Shown here: one piece after another, positions 28,260-40,807 of the stretch | Position numbering within the stretch: the stretch's first letter is position 1 | Layout of the letters: the number at the start of each line of letters is the position of its first letter | NCBI RefSeq assembly: GCF_963921235.1 | Contig: NC_086097.1 | Span: 209,996,001-210,060,000, forward strand | Direction of reading: 5' to 3' | DNA length: 64,000 bases | Origin: Mobula hypostoma | Lineage: Eukaryota | The notes under the pieces: generated by a model | What the model was told of the DNA's origin: nothing | The model's database searches: none | What the model saw: only the letters and a program-made list of their open reading frames with translations | Position numbers and translations under genes: made by a program

Positions 28260-29262
28260 GTTGATTTAACAATTATCTGTGTTTGAACTTCATTTCGTTA
28301 ATAATAAGTTTCGGCTTTTCTCTGATTACGTGGACATTGAACCTAACTTTAAAGTGAGGTTTTCTGGTGTTTAATTATCAAGTTTTCTTCATTTAGAAGT
28401 GCATAGCAGATTTTGTATGTAGTACTTTTGTCTGCACACTTTAAATTTGGCTAAATGCTTACTTTTCTTTAGGAATTAGATTGACACTAAACCAGTATAA
28501 TTTCAGAGCAATTATCTGCCTCTGATATTATCAAAAAAAAATTCTTTCAAATTGAAGGGAAGTCACAGCCCTTCGCTGTTATTGTTCATTTGCTGCAGTA
28601 ACCAATTATCTATTTCCGGTTTAGAATCTAATTCACAGAGCAGCCTGAGGACTTGCCCTATCAAATGTTTAAAATACTAAGTGAAATCTAACTGTTCTAT
28701 TGAGGATACGTTTTAAAAGTTATTCCCTTTTTGCCCTACCTCACCCAAAACTTGTATTTATTTTGTATTGCCTTCTGTTTGTTTTTGCTTTTTTAATCAT
28801 TATTGCAGTACGTGCTGCCCCCAGCAGAAATTGAACAATTCACAATTGTAGCAGATTTGGCAATTCTTTAGCTTAGTTGAAGTATGGTTTTAAATTGCGG
28901 TGTGATAATGTTGTTTAATTCCATTTGGAATTGACTTGTGGGAAGCAGCATTCTTCCTCTGTTGCTTATGGAACTGCAGAACATATTTGGGGGCATTAGA
29001 GGACTTGAACGTGTTAGAGTAATTTTCCTCTTCTGTTGCTAGAGCTGGAGATTTTGGCATGGCCCATTAACCTATCTTTAGTATTGAAGTATTTGTGCAA
29101 TTCATTGCGAGATTATATGCATTGATGTTGTAATTGTGCAGTCTACGCTGGGCATAAAATTGTGTAACTTGTATTCAAACTCTATACACATTATACATCT
29201 GTAGAGTATTAACTGTCATTATTTAGAAGCCAAAAAAAGACATTGGTATATTGAGTTTTGAG

Positions 29263-30002
29263 GAAAATTAGGGTGGATAAGTCCCCGGGACCTGACCAAG
29301 TCTCTCCTCAGACCTTGTGGGAGGCTAGTGCAAAAATTGTAGGGGCCCTGGCAGAGGTGTTTAAATGTTCTTAGCCACAGGTGAGGTGCCAGATGACTGG
29401 AGAAGAGCTAATATTGTTCCATTATTCAAGAAGGGCTCTAAGAATAAGCAGGTATTCTAAGGGACTGGATGTATTAGTGTTTGGATAGATATGGCCTGAT
29501 AATGTTTTGTCAGCATGGCTTTGTGCATGGAAGGTCATGTGTAACTAGCGTTTTTTCCCCAGCAGGTTTTGAGGAAAGATGATGGAGCTTGCCAGGAACT
29601 TTAGAGAAAAAGCAGTGGATGCTTCCATGGATTTTACCAAGACCTTTGAGAATATCCCATATGAAGGAGCAGATCATAAAGATTCAGTCACTTGGTATTC
29701 ACAACGAGATAGTAAATTGAGTTTCCGGGAAAAGCTAGAGTGGTAGTAGATGGTTGACTCTTTGACTGGAGGTCTGTGACTGGTGGTGTGCCACAGGGAT
29801 TGATGTTGGGTCCGTTGACATTTGTCATCTAAAACAATGATCCTGTATGATACTGGGGTTAAATAGATCAGCAGATTTGCAAATGATTGGGGGCGTAGTG
29901 CACAGCTAGGAAGGTTATCAAAGCTTGCAGCAGGGTCTAGACCAGTTGGAGAAATGCACTGAGAAGTGGCAGATGGAATTTAATGCAGACAAGTGTGAAG
30001 TG
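29263..30002 (+). mobile_element. CR1 LINE internal fragment
   Basis: DKSPGPD, VPDDWRRAN and GVPQG remnants. Confidence 0.85.
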
Positions 30003-30362
30003 TCATGGTTAAATATTTGCTCAAATATATAACAATTTATCTTGTACATAGTCTATATTCCTTCTGCTACTGTTTACTTAGCAGAAAACAGACTAAAAAA
30101 CCTTTTGTATGAGGTTCAGATTATTGTAATTTTGTTTTTGCAGAGAATTATTACCTTTCAAATTGCTTATACAGTTGTATCCTGCTTACTCAGCACCAAT
30201 TACTGATATCAAAGAACAATGCGGAAAGAATGGTTTATCCTAAACTTGCTGACATTCCATGTCATTCCCAGGCATCTGATCTAGATCTTGCCAAAAGTGA
30301 AGAATCCATGTTTCAAGTTGATACTTTTAAATTTTTTTGTTAAACATCATCCCTTCCACATG

Positions 30363-31936
30363 CAGTGGTGCTAGAAAGTTTGTGAAAAATTTTTCTCTAT
30401 TTCTGCATAAATATGACCTAAAATGTGATCAGATCTTCATGCAAGTCCTAAACTAGCTAAAGAGAACCTAATTAAATAAATAACACAAAAACATTATACT
30501 TATTCATTTATTTATTGAGAAAAATGATCCAATATTACACGTATTTGAACCTTTGCTTTCAGAAACTGGTGTGACCCCCTTGAACAGCATTAACGTCAAC
30601 CGTTAATCAACTGCTAACTGTTAATCAGTCCTGCATATCGGCTTGGAGGAATTATAGACTATTCCTCCTTACAAAACTGCTTCAACTCTAGGATGTTGGT
30701 GGGCTTCCTTGCGTGAACTGCTTGCTTCAGGTCCTTCCACAACATTTCTGTAGGATTAAGGCCAAATTTTCTTCTTTTTAAGCCTTCTGTTGCTGATTTA
30801 CTCTTGTCTTTCAGATCATTGTCTTGTTGCATTATCCACCTTCTATTAAGCTTCAGGTGACGGTCTGCAACCCTGACATTCTCCTGTAAAATGTCTTGGT
30901 ACAATTTTGAATTCATTGTTCCCTCAATATTTGCAAGCTGTCCAGGCCCTGAAGCAACAAAGCAGCCCCAGACAATGATGCTCCTTCCACCATGCTTCAC
31001 AGTTGGGATGAGGTTTTGGTGTTGGTGTGCAGTACCGTTTTCCTCCAAACATAGCAATGTGCATCTCTGCCTAAAAGTTTAACTTTTGTCTCATCTGGCC
31101 ACAGAATATGGCCCCAGAAGCGTTGTGGAATGCCCTGGTGGTCTTTTGCAAACTTGAGATGTGCAGCAATTTATTTATTTTTCTTTTTTATATATTTTTT
31201 GGGAGAGCGATGGTTTCCTCTGTGGTGTCTTCATGAACACCATTCTTGTTCAGTGTTTTTGTTATAGTGGAGACATAAACAGAGACGTTAGCAAGTTCTA
31301 GAGATATTTTGCAGGTCTTTGCTGTTACCCTTAGGTTCTTTCACCTCCTTCAGCATTGCACATTGTGCTCTTGGTGTGATCTTTGCAGGATGCCTATGCC
31401 TCGGGAGAGTAGCAACAGTACTGAGTTTCCTCCATTTGCAGGCAGTTTCTCTTACTGTGGACTGATGAACACTCAGGCCTTTTGAAATGCTTTTGTAGCT
31501 TTTTCCAGCTTCATGCATCTCTACAGTTCTTCTTCTGTGGTCCTCAAAGTTGCTTTGATCAAGGCATGGAGCATATAAACAGATCTTTCTTAAGAAGAGC
31601 AGACTGTCAGTAACTTGACTTTATGTGTCTTTTTTATAGGGCAGGGCACCTCTACAACCCACACCTCCAATCCATTTTCATTGAATGGAATACTGGACTC
31701 CAAAAAGCTTTTGTAGAAGGCATTACCCCAGTGGTTCACACACTTTTTCCAACAAATACATGTAATATTGGATTATTTTTCTCAATAAATGAACAAGTGT
31801 AATGTTTCTGTGTTATTTATTTAACTGAGTTCTCTTTATCTAGTTTTATGCTAGCGTGAAGGTCTGATCACATTTTGGGTCATATTGTGCAGAATTAGAG
31901 AAAATTCTACAGGGTTCAAACTTTCTAGCACTACTG
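30363..31936 (-). mobile_element. Tc1 DNA transposon with long TIRs and decayed transposase
   Basis: Ends CAGTGGTGCTAGAAAGTTTG and CAAACTTTCTAGCACTACTG|TA; about 180-200 bp inverted repeats; ORFs 31288-31518 (HTH region) and 30659-31057 (TVKHGG, QQDND, LNPTEMLW). Confidence 0.93.
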
Positions 31937-32904
31937 TAGATCAAAGTTAAAATAATTGACTTAATCAGCACTGAAAGAGATCATGACACTGCCAGCTCTT
32001 TGAATGAGCTGAGCAAGTAGTCCTGCTCTCTCGCTCTTTTCCCACAACTGTAATGATTTGTAAATTTTGTATTTGTAATCAATTACCATTTGAAAGTTAC
32101 TATTAATCCTTGTTCTATGGCTATTTCAACTGACATTCAACTATGGAGCCCTTCAACATGGACTTGAACTTCTGCCCAGGCTCTTCATTTACTTACCTGG
32201 CATCTAACTGCCCTATCCCTGTCCCTAAACCGGAACCTGACCCCTTAACTCCCTGCACTGTCCCCAAAACCAACCCTACAAACCTAAACAAAAACAGCTA
32301 AGTCTGTGCCATGAGGTTCTTCTGTGGATTGAACGTTGGCATCCAAGCTCCCTTTTTTTTCCCCATCTAGTGGTTATATCTTGTCTGTGCACAAACTATG
32401 TCTACTTAAAAATCCTTCCATTACTCATTATTTAACATGTCATGGATTTTTTTTTTGTTGAAAACATTTGGATCTTCTTGCTTGCACTTTTTTTTCTCTA
32501 ATGCACAGTGAAGTATTTAAAGGTCGTGTCAGTTTTGCTGGTTTTTACACGCACAGAAAGAGGAAGTCCTGGGTAAATATAGCATTTAACACTTGCATAA
32601 TTCTCAATGGGACATGAAAAATGTGAAAAATATTTTTGTGCATTTTTGTTTGTTTATTGATGAAGGAAGCTAATTTAGTTTGATTAAATTCTCAGGTTTT
32701 TGTATTTGCTTTTTTTTCTTTGTTCACCTGAAATCTAGATGTGAGCAGCATGATATACTTGTTTATTTTCATTGTTATATTGCTACTGAATCTGCTTTCA
32801 TTTTTACCATTGGCGTTGGTATGGAAACAATCAGCATGCTAGTGGATCTAAATGCATATAATTGCATTTATTCATTTTTAAGAAGTGGCTCCAGTGGTTC
32901 TGTA

Positions 32905-33180
32905 TGCTTAGGAAGGCACATCCATCATTAAGGACCCTCTCCGTCCAGGACATGCCCTGTTAATACCACCATCAGAGAGGAGGTATAGGTGCCTGGAGGT
33001 GGATATGCAATATTTTAGGAACACCTTCCTCTCTACTGTCAGATTTCTCAGTAGTCCATAAACGTTACGTCACTAGTCCTCTTTTGCACTATATTTATTT
33101 TTTATATTGTAACTTTGTTTTGCTCTGTACTGCTGCCACAAAATAACAAATTTCAGTGATAATAAATTTGATTCAGACTT
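32905..33180 (+). mobile_element. Rex-type LINE 3' tail fragment; an opposite-strand fragment lies at about 34115-34480
   Basis: KAHPSLRTL-type CATCCATCATTAAGGACCC block and tail TAATAAATTTGATTCAGA. Confidence 0.65.
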
Positions 33181-35415
33181 TGGAACCATCCTGATAACTG
33201 TTGTTTCGACATGGTTATAAAATAAGAAAAGAAAGGCCATGGTGTAGTTAGCTTGCATACACTTGTGTGCTACATTTGATGTCATATTGTGTTGCTGGAC
33301 TGTTGATTAATGTTGTACCTTGTGTACAGCAGTCTTCCGGCATATATTACATTAATTTACATGATTTCCCTCTAAATATTCAGCCCACGCCTAGTCATTC
33401 AAGGCAGAAATACTCCTTGGATCCACTCAACATGATTCATATCAAGCACAAGTAGTTCACACATTTTTATTAGAGATCTCATTCTCATCAGTTTTCATCC
33501 CCATTTTACCTAATCGTGTTCCCAGCCCAAAGTCTTAGTACACCCCTCCTCCTATGTAGGTTTCCTGTGGCCATAACAAACTTCCCATACTGTGAACAGG
33601 TGCGCTGTTATAAATTATACTAAAGGGCAGATGTCTAAAGTTAAAGTGTTTAATGGTTAGTCAGGCTGTTTTACAAGAAAGCTGGTTATCTGATTGCTAT
33701 ATGTCAGCAGTATGACAAATCATTGCAAAGTGATCTTCAGACAAAAAAAAGGTGGAAATCTGAAATGAAAATAAAAATTGCTATAAGTATTAAGCAGGTC
33801 CAGCAACAAGCATTGAAGTGAAAACAGAATTACCACTTCAGATTGACAAACATTATTCAGGGCTGATGAAAGTTTTCTGGTGGGGGTCAGCAGCTCTGAA
33901 AAGTACAACCTGCCTCCTTAGATGCTGTTGACTCATTTCCAAAATTTTGTTATCAATAATCTTATTCTTTTTGATAACTGTATTAGTTATTGTTTATTCT
34001 CACTACTTAACAAGATCATCTCTCACTGCTGCAGGAAGCCCAAGATTTTCCAATGTAATGCAACCATTGTTTTCCAAAATTCTGCATACGGGCAGAGAAA
34101 ACTTTTTGGGATTAAGAATCAGAATTAGGTTTAATATTATTAGCATATGTCTTGAAATTTGTTGTTTTGCAGCAGTAGTGCAGTACAATACATTAAAAAA
34201 AATTACAATTTTATATAGAACAAAAAATGTTAGGTAGTGTACATTGTTAATTCAGAAATCTGATGGCAGGGAGTGTGGTGGGATGGGGAGAGGAAAAAGC
34301 AGTTCCAAAAATGTTGGGTGTGTGTTTTCAGACTCCTGTACCACCACCTTGATGGTAACAATGAGAAGAGGGCATGTCCTGGGTGATGGATGCCCCTTAA
34401 TAACAGGTTACAGCCTTTTTTTTTAATATAAAAGTGTCACCTTTAGAAGATGTCCTTGATGCTGGGGAGGCTAATGCCCATGATTAAATGGAGTATGGCT
34501 CAGTAGAGCACAGTTAAAAGCTCTCACTTATTAATGCTAACCAAATCAGTGAGGGCTGCATTGTCGAACTTCAATAGAAAAATACTTTTATGCACACTTC
34601 ACAATCCTTTACATTTCAGTTTTATTAGTTACATTGGTTCCATTTGTTTTCAGGGCAAAGATAAACAGAGTATTAACATTTCATGGTTCTCAAATAATAC
34701 CAGAAAAATTGTATTCATTCCATCTTATGACACAGAAGGAGAACATCCCACCCGACAGTTCTGTCTTTGTGGCCCTGCAAATTATTTTTTTCCCCCTCAC
34801 AAGCTAATCAACTCCTAGGTATCTTAATTTACACTAGATTGTAACTTACTGTAGCAATTAACTTCCCAGTTCAATAGCTATAACACAGATAGCACTCAAC
34901 ATCAGGATTGAACCTGGACCCCTGGACCTGTAAAGCAGCAGCTGCACCACAATGCTGCCAGGTAGCCCTTGCATATGCAGCTGTTCTCATCAGACTGCAG
35001 CAAAGTCAATGTTATGAATTGAAGAGATGACTGATAGCATCAATGGAAGATTCTTTTATTATCACATTTCTTAGTTCTGTTGTTCCTGATTTCACACAGC
35101 AGAGTGTCTATGGTACCTTTCTCAAATCTGTTTCCTTAAAAACACATGCAAGATTTTGTAACAGAGAACAAGATGGCATTTAATATCAAAAGCTACTTGG
35201 TTGAAAACTAGTGGTATATATTTCAAACCATGTGGATAAAAAGTGATCTGTTTGACAAAGATGTTTAAATAGGTGCAAGGTGGTTAGCAATATGCAGCCA
35301 TGCCCCTTTGGGTTTTCTCCGGGTGCTCCAGTTTCTTCCCACATTCTGAAGACTACAGTAAGTAGGTTAGTTGGTCATATGGGTGTAATTGGGTGGCACT
35401 TGTATTCTGCTTATC

Positions 35416-35793
<378 letters not shown>

Positions 35794-35825
35794 ATCAAGA
35801 TTGTGTGATCTGCTTCTTTTTTTAA

Positions 35826-35831
35826 AATAAA
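35826..35831 (+). promoter_or_regulatory. Candidate TGS1 polyadenylation signal
   Basis: AATAAA 32 nt after the stop codon, followed by T-rich and GT-rich sequence. Confidence 0.45.
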
Positions 35832-35954
35832 GTCTTTTTTTACTTAATGGTGTGTAGTATTCATTGCAGTCATCAACCCATACTCTCAAATTTTTTTTTA
35901 ATTTTAGTCTTCACATATCATGGGTTAGGCTGACTGTTTAGTTATGATTGCTTT

Positions 35955-36250
35955 AACATAGAAAATAGGTGCAGGAGTAGGCCATTTGGCCCTTCGAGCC
36001 TGCACCACCATTCAGTATGATCATGGCTGATCATCCAACTCAGAACCCTGCACCAGCCTTCCCTCCATACCCCCTGATCCCTTTAGCCACAAGGGCCATA
36101 TCTAACTCCCTCTTAAATATAGCCAATGAACTGGCCTCAACTGTTCCCTGTAGCAGAGAATTCCACAGATTCACCACTCTCTGTGTGAAGAAGTTTTTCC
36201 TCATCTCGGTCCTAAAAGGCTTCCCCTTTATCCTCAAACTGTGACCCCTT
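35955..36250 (-). mobile_element. Young CR1 3' fragment
   Basis: Nearly the same sequence as the 3' end of the CR1 at 52313-55523 (compare ORFs 36017-36244 and 55226-55453). Confidence 0.93.
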
Positions 36251-37184
36251 AAGTATTACCAGGGTCTAGCAATCACAAGAAAAACATTTAAAACACACAT
36301 TGGCACCATTTGTTGGACATGGAGAGACCACTGCAAAGAAGTGCATCGCCATCTTACTGCAAGCCAACTTCCACATCACTCTGTTTGCTTTCTGGTCCTC
36401 CTGAGGGGATAGGAAATACAAAGGAGGCGGTAGACAGAGAACACCTGCATGAAGGCCAACCATGACTGCCTTCAACATAAAGAGGAAGTCTATTGGATAC
36501 AGTATTGAGCTGCCCGTTCTGGTTTGTGTATTGTGGTTGTGCTCCACCTGCAGGGGTGCTGAAGGTCTCGCAAAACATTTCTGCTAGCTGCACCATTGTA
36601 CTACCCTTACTGCATTTCGTTTGTGGTAATGTAGGGAAAGCAGTTTCAGAAGTAACCTTATGGACAACTGGATTTGCATTTGGAAAGGAAATATTTACAT
36701 ATATATACACATATGAGAAAAAATAGAATTTTCTTTTAGAAGCACTGGTGCAAATGATGACAGATTCTTGAATGGACCACTTGTATGATGAGATGGACTC
36801 TTGGCCTCACAGTCTCATTTTCCACCAGTGTTTAACTGCATTGCACCCTTTTGTTAAATTTACTCTGTTATTGCTTTACCTTATTCTATCTCAATGCACC
36901 ATGTAATGATTTGATCTGTATAAACAGTACACAAGATCATCCTTTCACTCTACCTTGGTACATATGACAATACCAAAAACTCCGGTTTTACAAATCAAAG
37001 ATACGAGAATTGACTTTAGCCAAAGCAAAACCTGCAATTTGACTGATGGTTAATTTAGTGAAGTATTTTATTTTAGTTTCTCTTATCTTCACTTATTCAC
37101 AAAGTAGCAAGTCATCTTGGTAGATCCCGTCCTGCTTGTTTGTGATTCAGTCTGAAGATGATGCTCATTTCTAGATATTAAATA

Positions 37185-37744
37185 TTGTTCGTCCATCGTT
37201 GAGTCGATGAAGACCTCGACACTATTATGATGGTGTCGAGACTAGCGCGTGATTTGGATTTAAGTGAGGGAGAGTTGCGCAGCGTCAGCCTCACTCTCTC
37301 GTCCCAATTCCCATCTGGATCCAGTGGCAAGACAGAGTCTAGACGGCTGGAGATGGGACTTGGCGCAGTGGATGACCAGGACGTCTTCCGTGTCTTGTCC
37401 TGCTCTACACGTTCCACGACGCTTGCAGAGACCGCCTTCTTGACCGTTGGACCTTCCATTGGTCTCGTCCGCTCAATCCGCCGGAGTCTGTCTGTACATG
37501 CTGGGATAGACAACTCCCTGTCACACCGAGGGTTTGAGACCCGTCGGTTACCCTCACCTGGTTTAGCCGGCTTGTCGAAGCCGTTGCCCGGGGTGTGGCC
37601 GCTGTCGCATGCAAACAGCTACGGGGAGCCACAGGTGAGAGCTGAGTGCCAGGTGGGGACCAAAGGTGGACAAGCCACCCTGAAAAGGACGCGACATGTT
37701 CCCCCACCAGAGGTGCTACCCCTCCCTGACACCCCATATACCCC
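37185..37744 (-). mobile_element. 560-bp non-autonomous RTE-related retroelement with 12-bp TSD
   Basis: TSD AGATATTAAATA at 37173-37184 and 37745-37756; CpG-rich; 3' tail CATCGACTCAACGATGGACGAACAA resembles the RTE tail at 59608-59631. Confidence 0.85.
37550..37744 (-). ncRNA. HDV-like self-cleaving ribozyme, predicted
   Basis: P1, P1.1, P2, P3, P4, L3 UCCCCG, GGGCAAC and J4/2 GCUAA can all be assigned by hand; G1 is the first base of the element. Confidence 0.78.
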
Positions 37745-38776
37745 AGATATTAAATAACCAATAGTAATTCACTGCAATATCTCCAATATGTCTCCAATAG
37801 TAAATTGCATCTTTAATGTAGTAAAATGCCTCAAAGCTTATCATAAATAATTTAACCCGTGAAAGGAAGATGAAATGACAGCTGGTCAAAGAGGTAGATA
37901 TAATGCAGAATATTGATGGAAGGGAGGCAGCAAGAGTGAGTACTTGACTTGAACATCCAAACGGTGACAGCGGAACCAAATGCACGATGAACTAAGTAAT
38001 TATGGCAAATGTTGAGGGTCATAAAGTTCTCAGATATAAAACAGAAGTCACTTGCCAAGTCCAGTAGCACCAACAGGAAGAGAAAAGGTGAATATTTGAT
38101 GTGATTTTCAGTTTATCTTTTATAAATCAAGGAGCTAAATTGTATTACAGATTCTTTATTCCTGATGTTCTTTAGATAGGTGAATATTGTGATTTAAAGC
38201 TGTAATGTATGTCTTCTGGTTTCATGTTGTCTGCTGTAAAGCAGCTGTAGGATTTGTGAGGACTTGGATCAATCTAACAACAAATACATTAAATCATTCC
38301 TGGCAGCAGATATGGGAGTTCTTAATATGGGCAATGTAATATGGGTAAAAAAAAAATACATGGCAGCTTCCTTCGGGTGCCAGCATCTGTTATGTCTTCT
38401 CCCAAGTCTTATCAGGAATGCAAGAGTATGATGTATATTCACTGCATTTTGCTAGCATGCTGTCCTTTGAGAAAGCTGCTCTTGAATGTCAGTTCTCATT
38501 CCCATCTCTTACAATATCACATTTGTTTTACCAGCCATGAAAATACAGCAAGTAACCCAAACTATCTACCTGCGATGTTTTATAACTCCAGAAACTAATC
38601 ATCAATAAAAACATGGGATCCATAAATATGCCTACTTCATCTCCTTTTCTTTAGTGAGGTGTTCACTTGTGACGTGGTGGTGTAATGATGTATGCTATTT
38701 GCATGTAAAGTATTGCTCTCTAATCATATATATGTATACATACACAGTAAACTATGTAATACAACTACTATAAACA

Positions 38777-38997
38777 CCTGCACATCATAGTAAATGTTAA
38801 ATTGACCTATTCAGGCCTAAAGATTTAATTGTTGTGGAGGTAGTCACTCTGCTTCTGGGGCCTCTTCTGTGGTGCTTGTATGAATTGACTGGAACTGCAG
38901 AAAGTGGTTTTGACAGCTCTGGCCACTTCTCAGCAGCATGTACTACTACCAAGAAATTTGTGTCCTTGAAACCCACATGACTCATCTGCCAGGGCAA
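38777..38997 (-). mobile_element. Gypsy-type integrase remnant
   Basis: PWQMSHVGF..FLVVVHAAEKWPE resembles the Gypsy integrase motif PWxRxHxDF..FLVVVDAxSKWPE. Confidence 0.55.
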
Positions 38998-39676
38998 TAC
39001 AGGCTGAATCATGCTGTGGGGATGTTTCGCTGTGGCAGGCCCTGGAAAACTTGTGAAGGTAGAGGGCAAAATGAATGGAGCAAAATACAAGGGAAATCCT
39101 GGAGAAAAACCTAATGCAGTCTGCAAGAGAACTGCGACTTGGGAGAAGATTTGTTTTCCAGCAAGTCAATGGCCCCCAAGCATAAAGCCAAAGCTACACA
39201 GAAATAGCTTAAAAACAACAATGCTAATGTCCTGGAATGGCTAAGTCAGAGTCCAGACCTCAATCCAATTGAGAATTTGTGGCTGGACTTGAAAAGAACT
39301 GTTCACGCAAGATCCTCATGCAATCTGACAGAGCTTGAGCAGTTTTGTAAAGAAGAATGGGGAAAAATTGTACTGTCCAGATGGGCAAAGCTGATAGAGA
39401 CTTATCTACAAGAATTAAGGCTGTAATTGTCACCAAAGGTGCATCTACTAAACAGTAACTTGCAGGGGGTGAAAACCTTATTCAATTAATTATTTTGTGC
39501 TTTTTATTTGGAACTAATTTAGATTATTTTGAAGAGATCTGTTTTCACTTTGACATGAGAGTTTTTTTCTGTTGATTAGTATCAAAAAAGCCAAAGTAAA
39601 TCCATTGTGATTCAATGTTGTAAAACAATAAAATATGAAAACTTCCAGGGGGGTTGAATACTTTTTATAGGCACTG
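38998..39676 (+). mobile_element. Tc1 transposon, 3' half
   Basis: IMLWGCF and WLSQSPDLNPIENLW motifs; right end TTTTATAGGCACTG|TA. Confidence 0.9.
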
Positions 39677-40807
39677 TATGTAGTCACACCTTGTTCTGCG
39701 GCTTTATAAGTATTTTCATTTCCTCTAGCTATCTGATCTTCAATATCTCATGTTTGTTTAATTTCTCTCTTAGTCTTGGCTTCAAGGTTACTGCTTCCAG
39801 CTTGACTCACATTGTTTTCCAAGTGCACAAACCAGACAAAATAACAGCAAATTCAGTTCAGCTGTCCAGTGGAAATATTTCAATTCAACATTTCAACAGA
39901 ACCAAGGGTCGAACTACTCAGGTAAACACCACTATACAGCTATCACTCTCCAAATGGACAGGCAGCACTGACCATTCAAAACTGTGTTTCAAACCCAAGC
40001 ACACAGCATGAACCAACAAAATGTTGTGACTTGCCATAAGCTGCTCCAGGCTGCACTGTCTCTGATTCCATGGACACATCCAAATGCTGCTGTTGGTTTG
40101 GTATAACATTTGAAAACCTTTGCTGACGGAATGTAGCAGCCAAACCAAACCCAAAATAGTTGCCGCTGCCAGTGACCCAACGGATTTGTTATACTTGCAT
40201 GACGCATCCTCAATCCATAGTGATTGCTCCAAAAGTCGAGGATACCTATTCTGATCCTTTATTAACAATTAGCAAACTACAATATTGAAGCAATGAAACT
40301 AAGCATATTCAGGTGCAAGGTAAATGTAATTGAGCATTACTGAGTAATATATGATGTACACTGATTTCAAGCTACAAACTGCATAGAGCATAGAACATAG
40401 CATGAAGATGTAACTTATTCCCTTTGCTGTTACCCCACCCTCACTCATGTGTCTAGTTATCATAAGCGTAATAAATGTGCAACATAGAATACAGTGCAGA
40501 TAGAAAACAGATTCTTGTCTACGACAACTCTTATTTTACCCTTGATATGTATGAGTTTTCCAATGCCAATTTTGAATACTGCTGTGGCATCAGCTGCATG
40601 CTCACTTGCTACTTTCTCACAATTGATCTGATATGGTCCACTTTGTTGATCCTAGGTTGAAATACATTGAAGGAAAGATGACAGAAGGAAAGCCTACAAG
40701 TTACAATGGTGCTAATCATGCAATAACTGTTCCTTACCTTTGCACCTTGTCCAACTGTTGACATGAAAACTAGATCCAGAGTGGTTGGCAACCACCTGTC
40801 CAGAAGG

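Noticed and set aside
37227..37757. 176-aa + strand ORF and overlapping - strand ORFs as a novel gene
   Set aside because: They lie within the GC-rich TSD-flanked retroelement, with no recognisable domain or splice structure.
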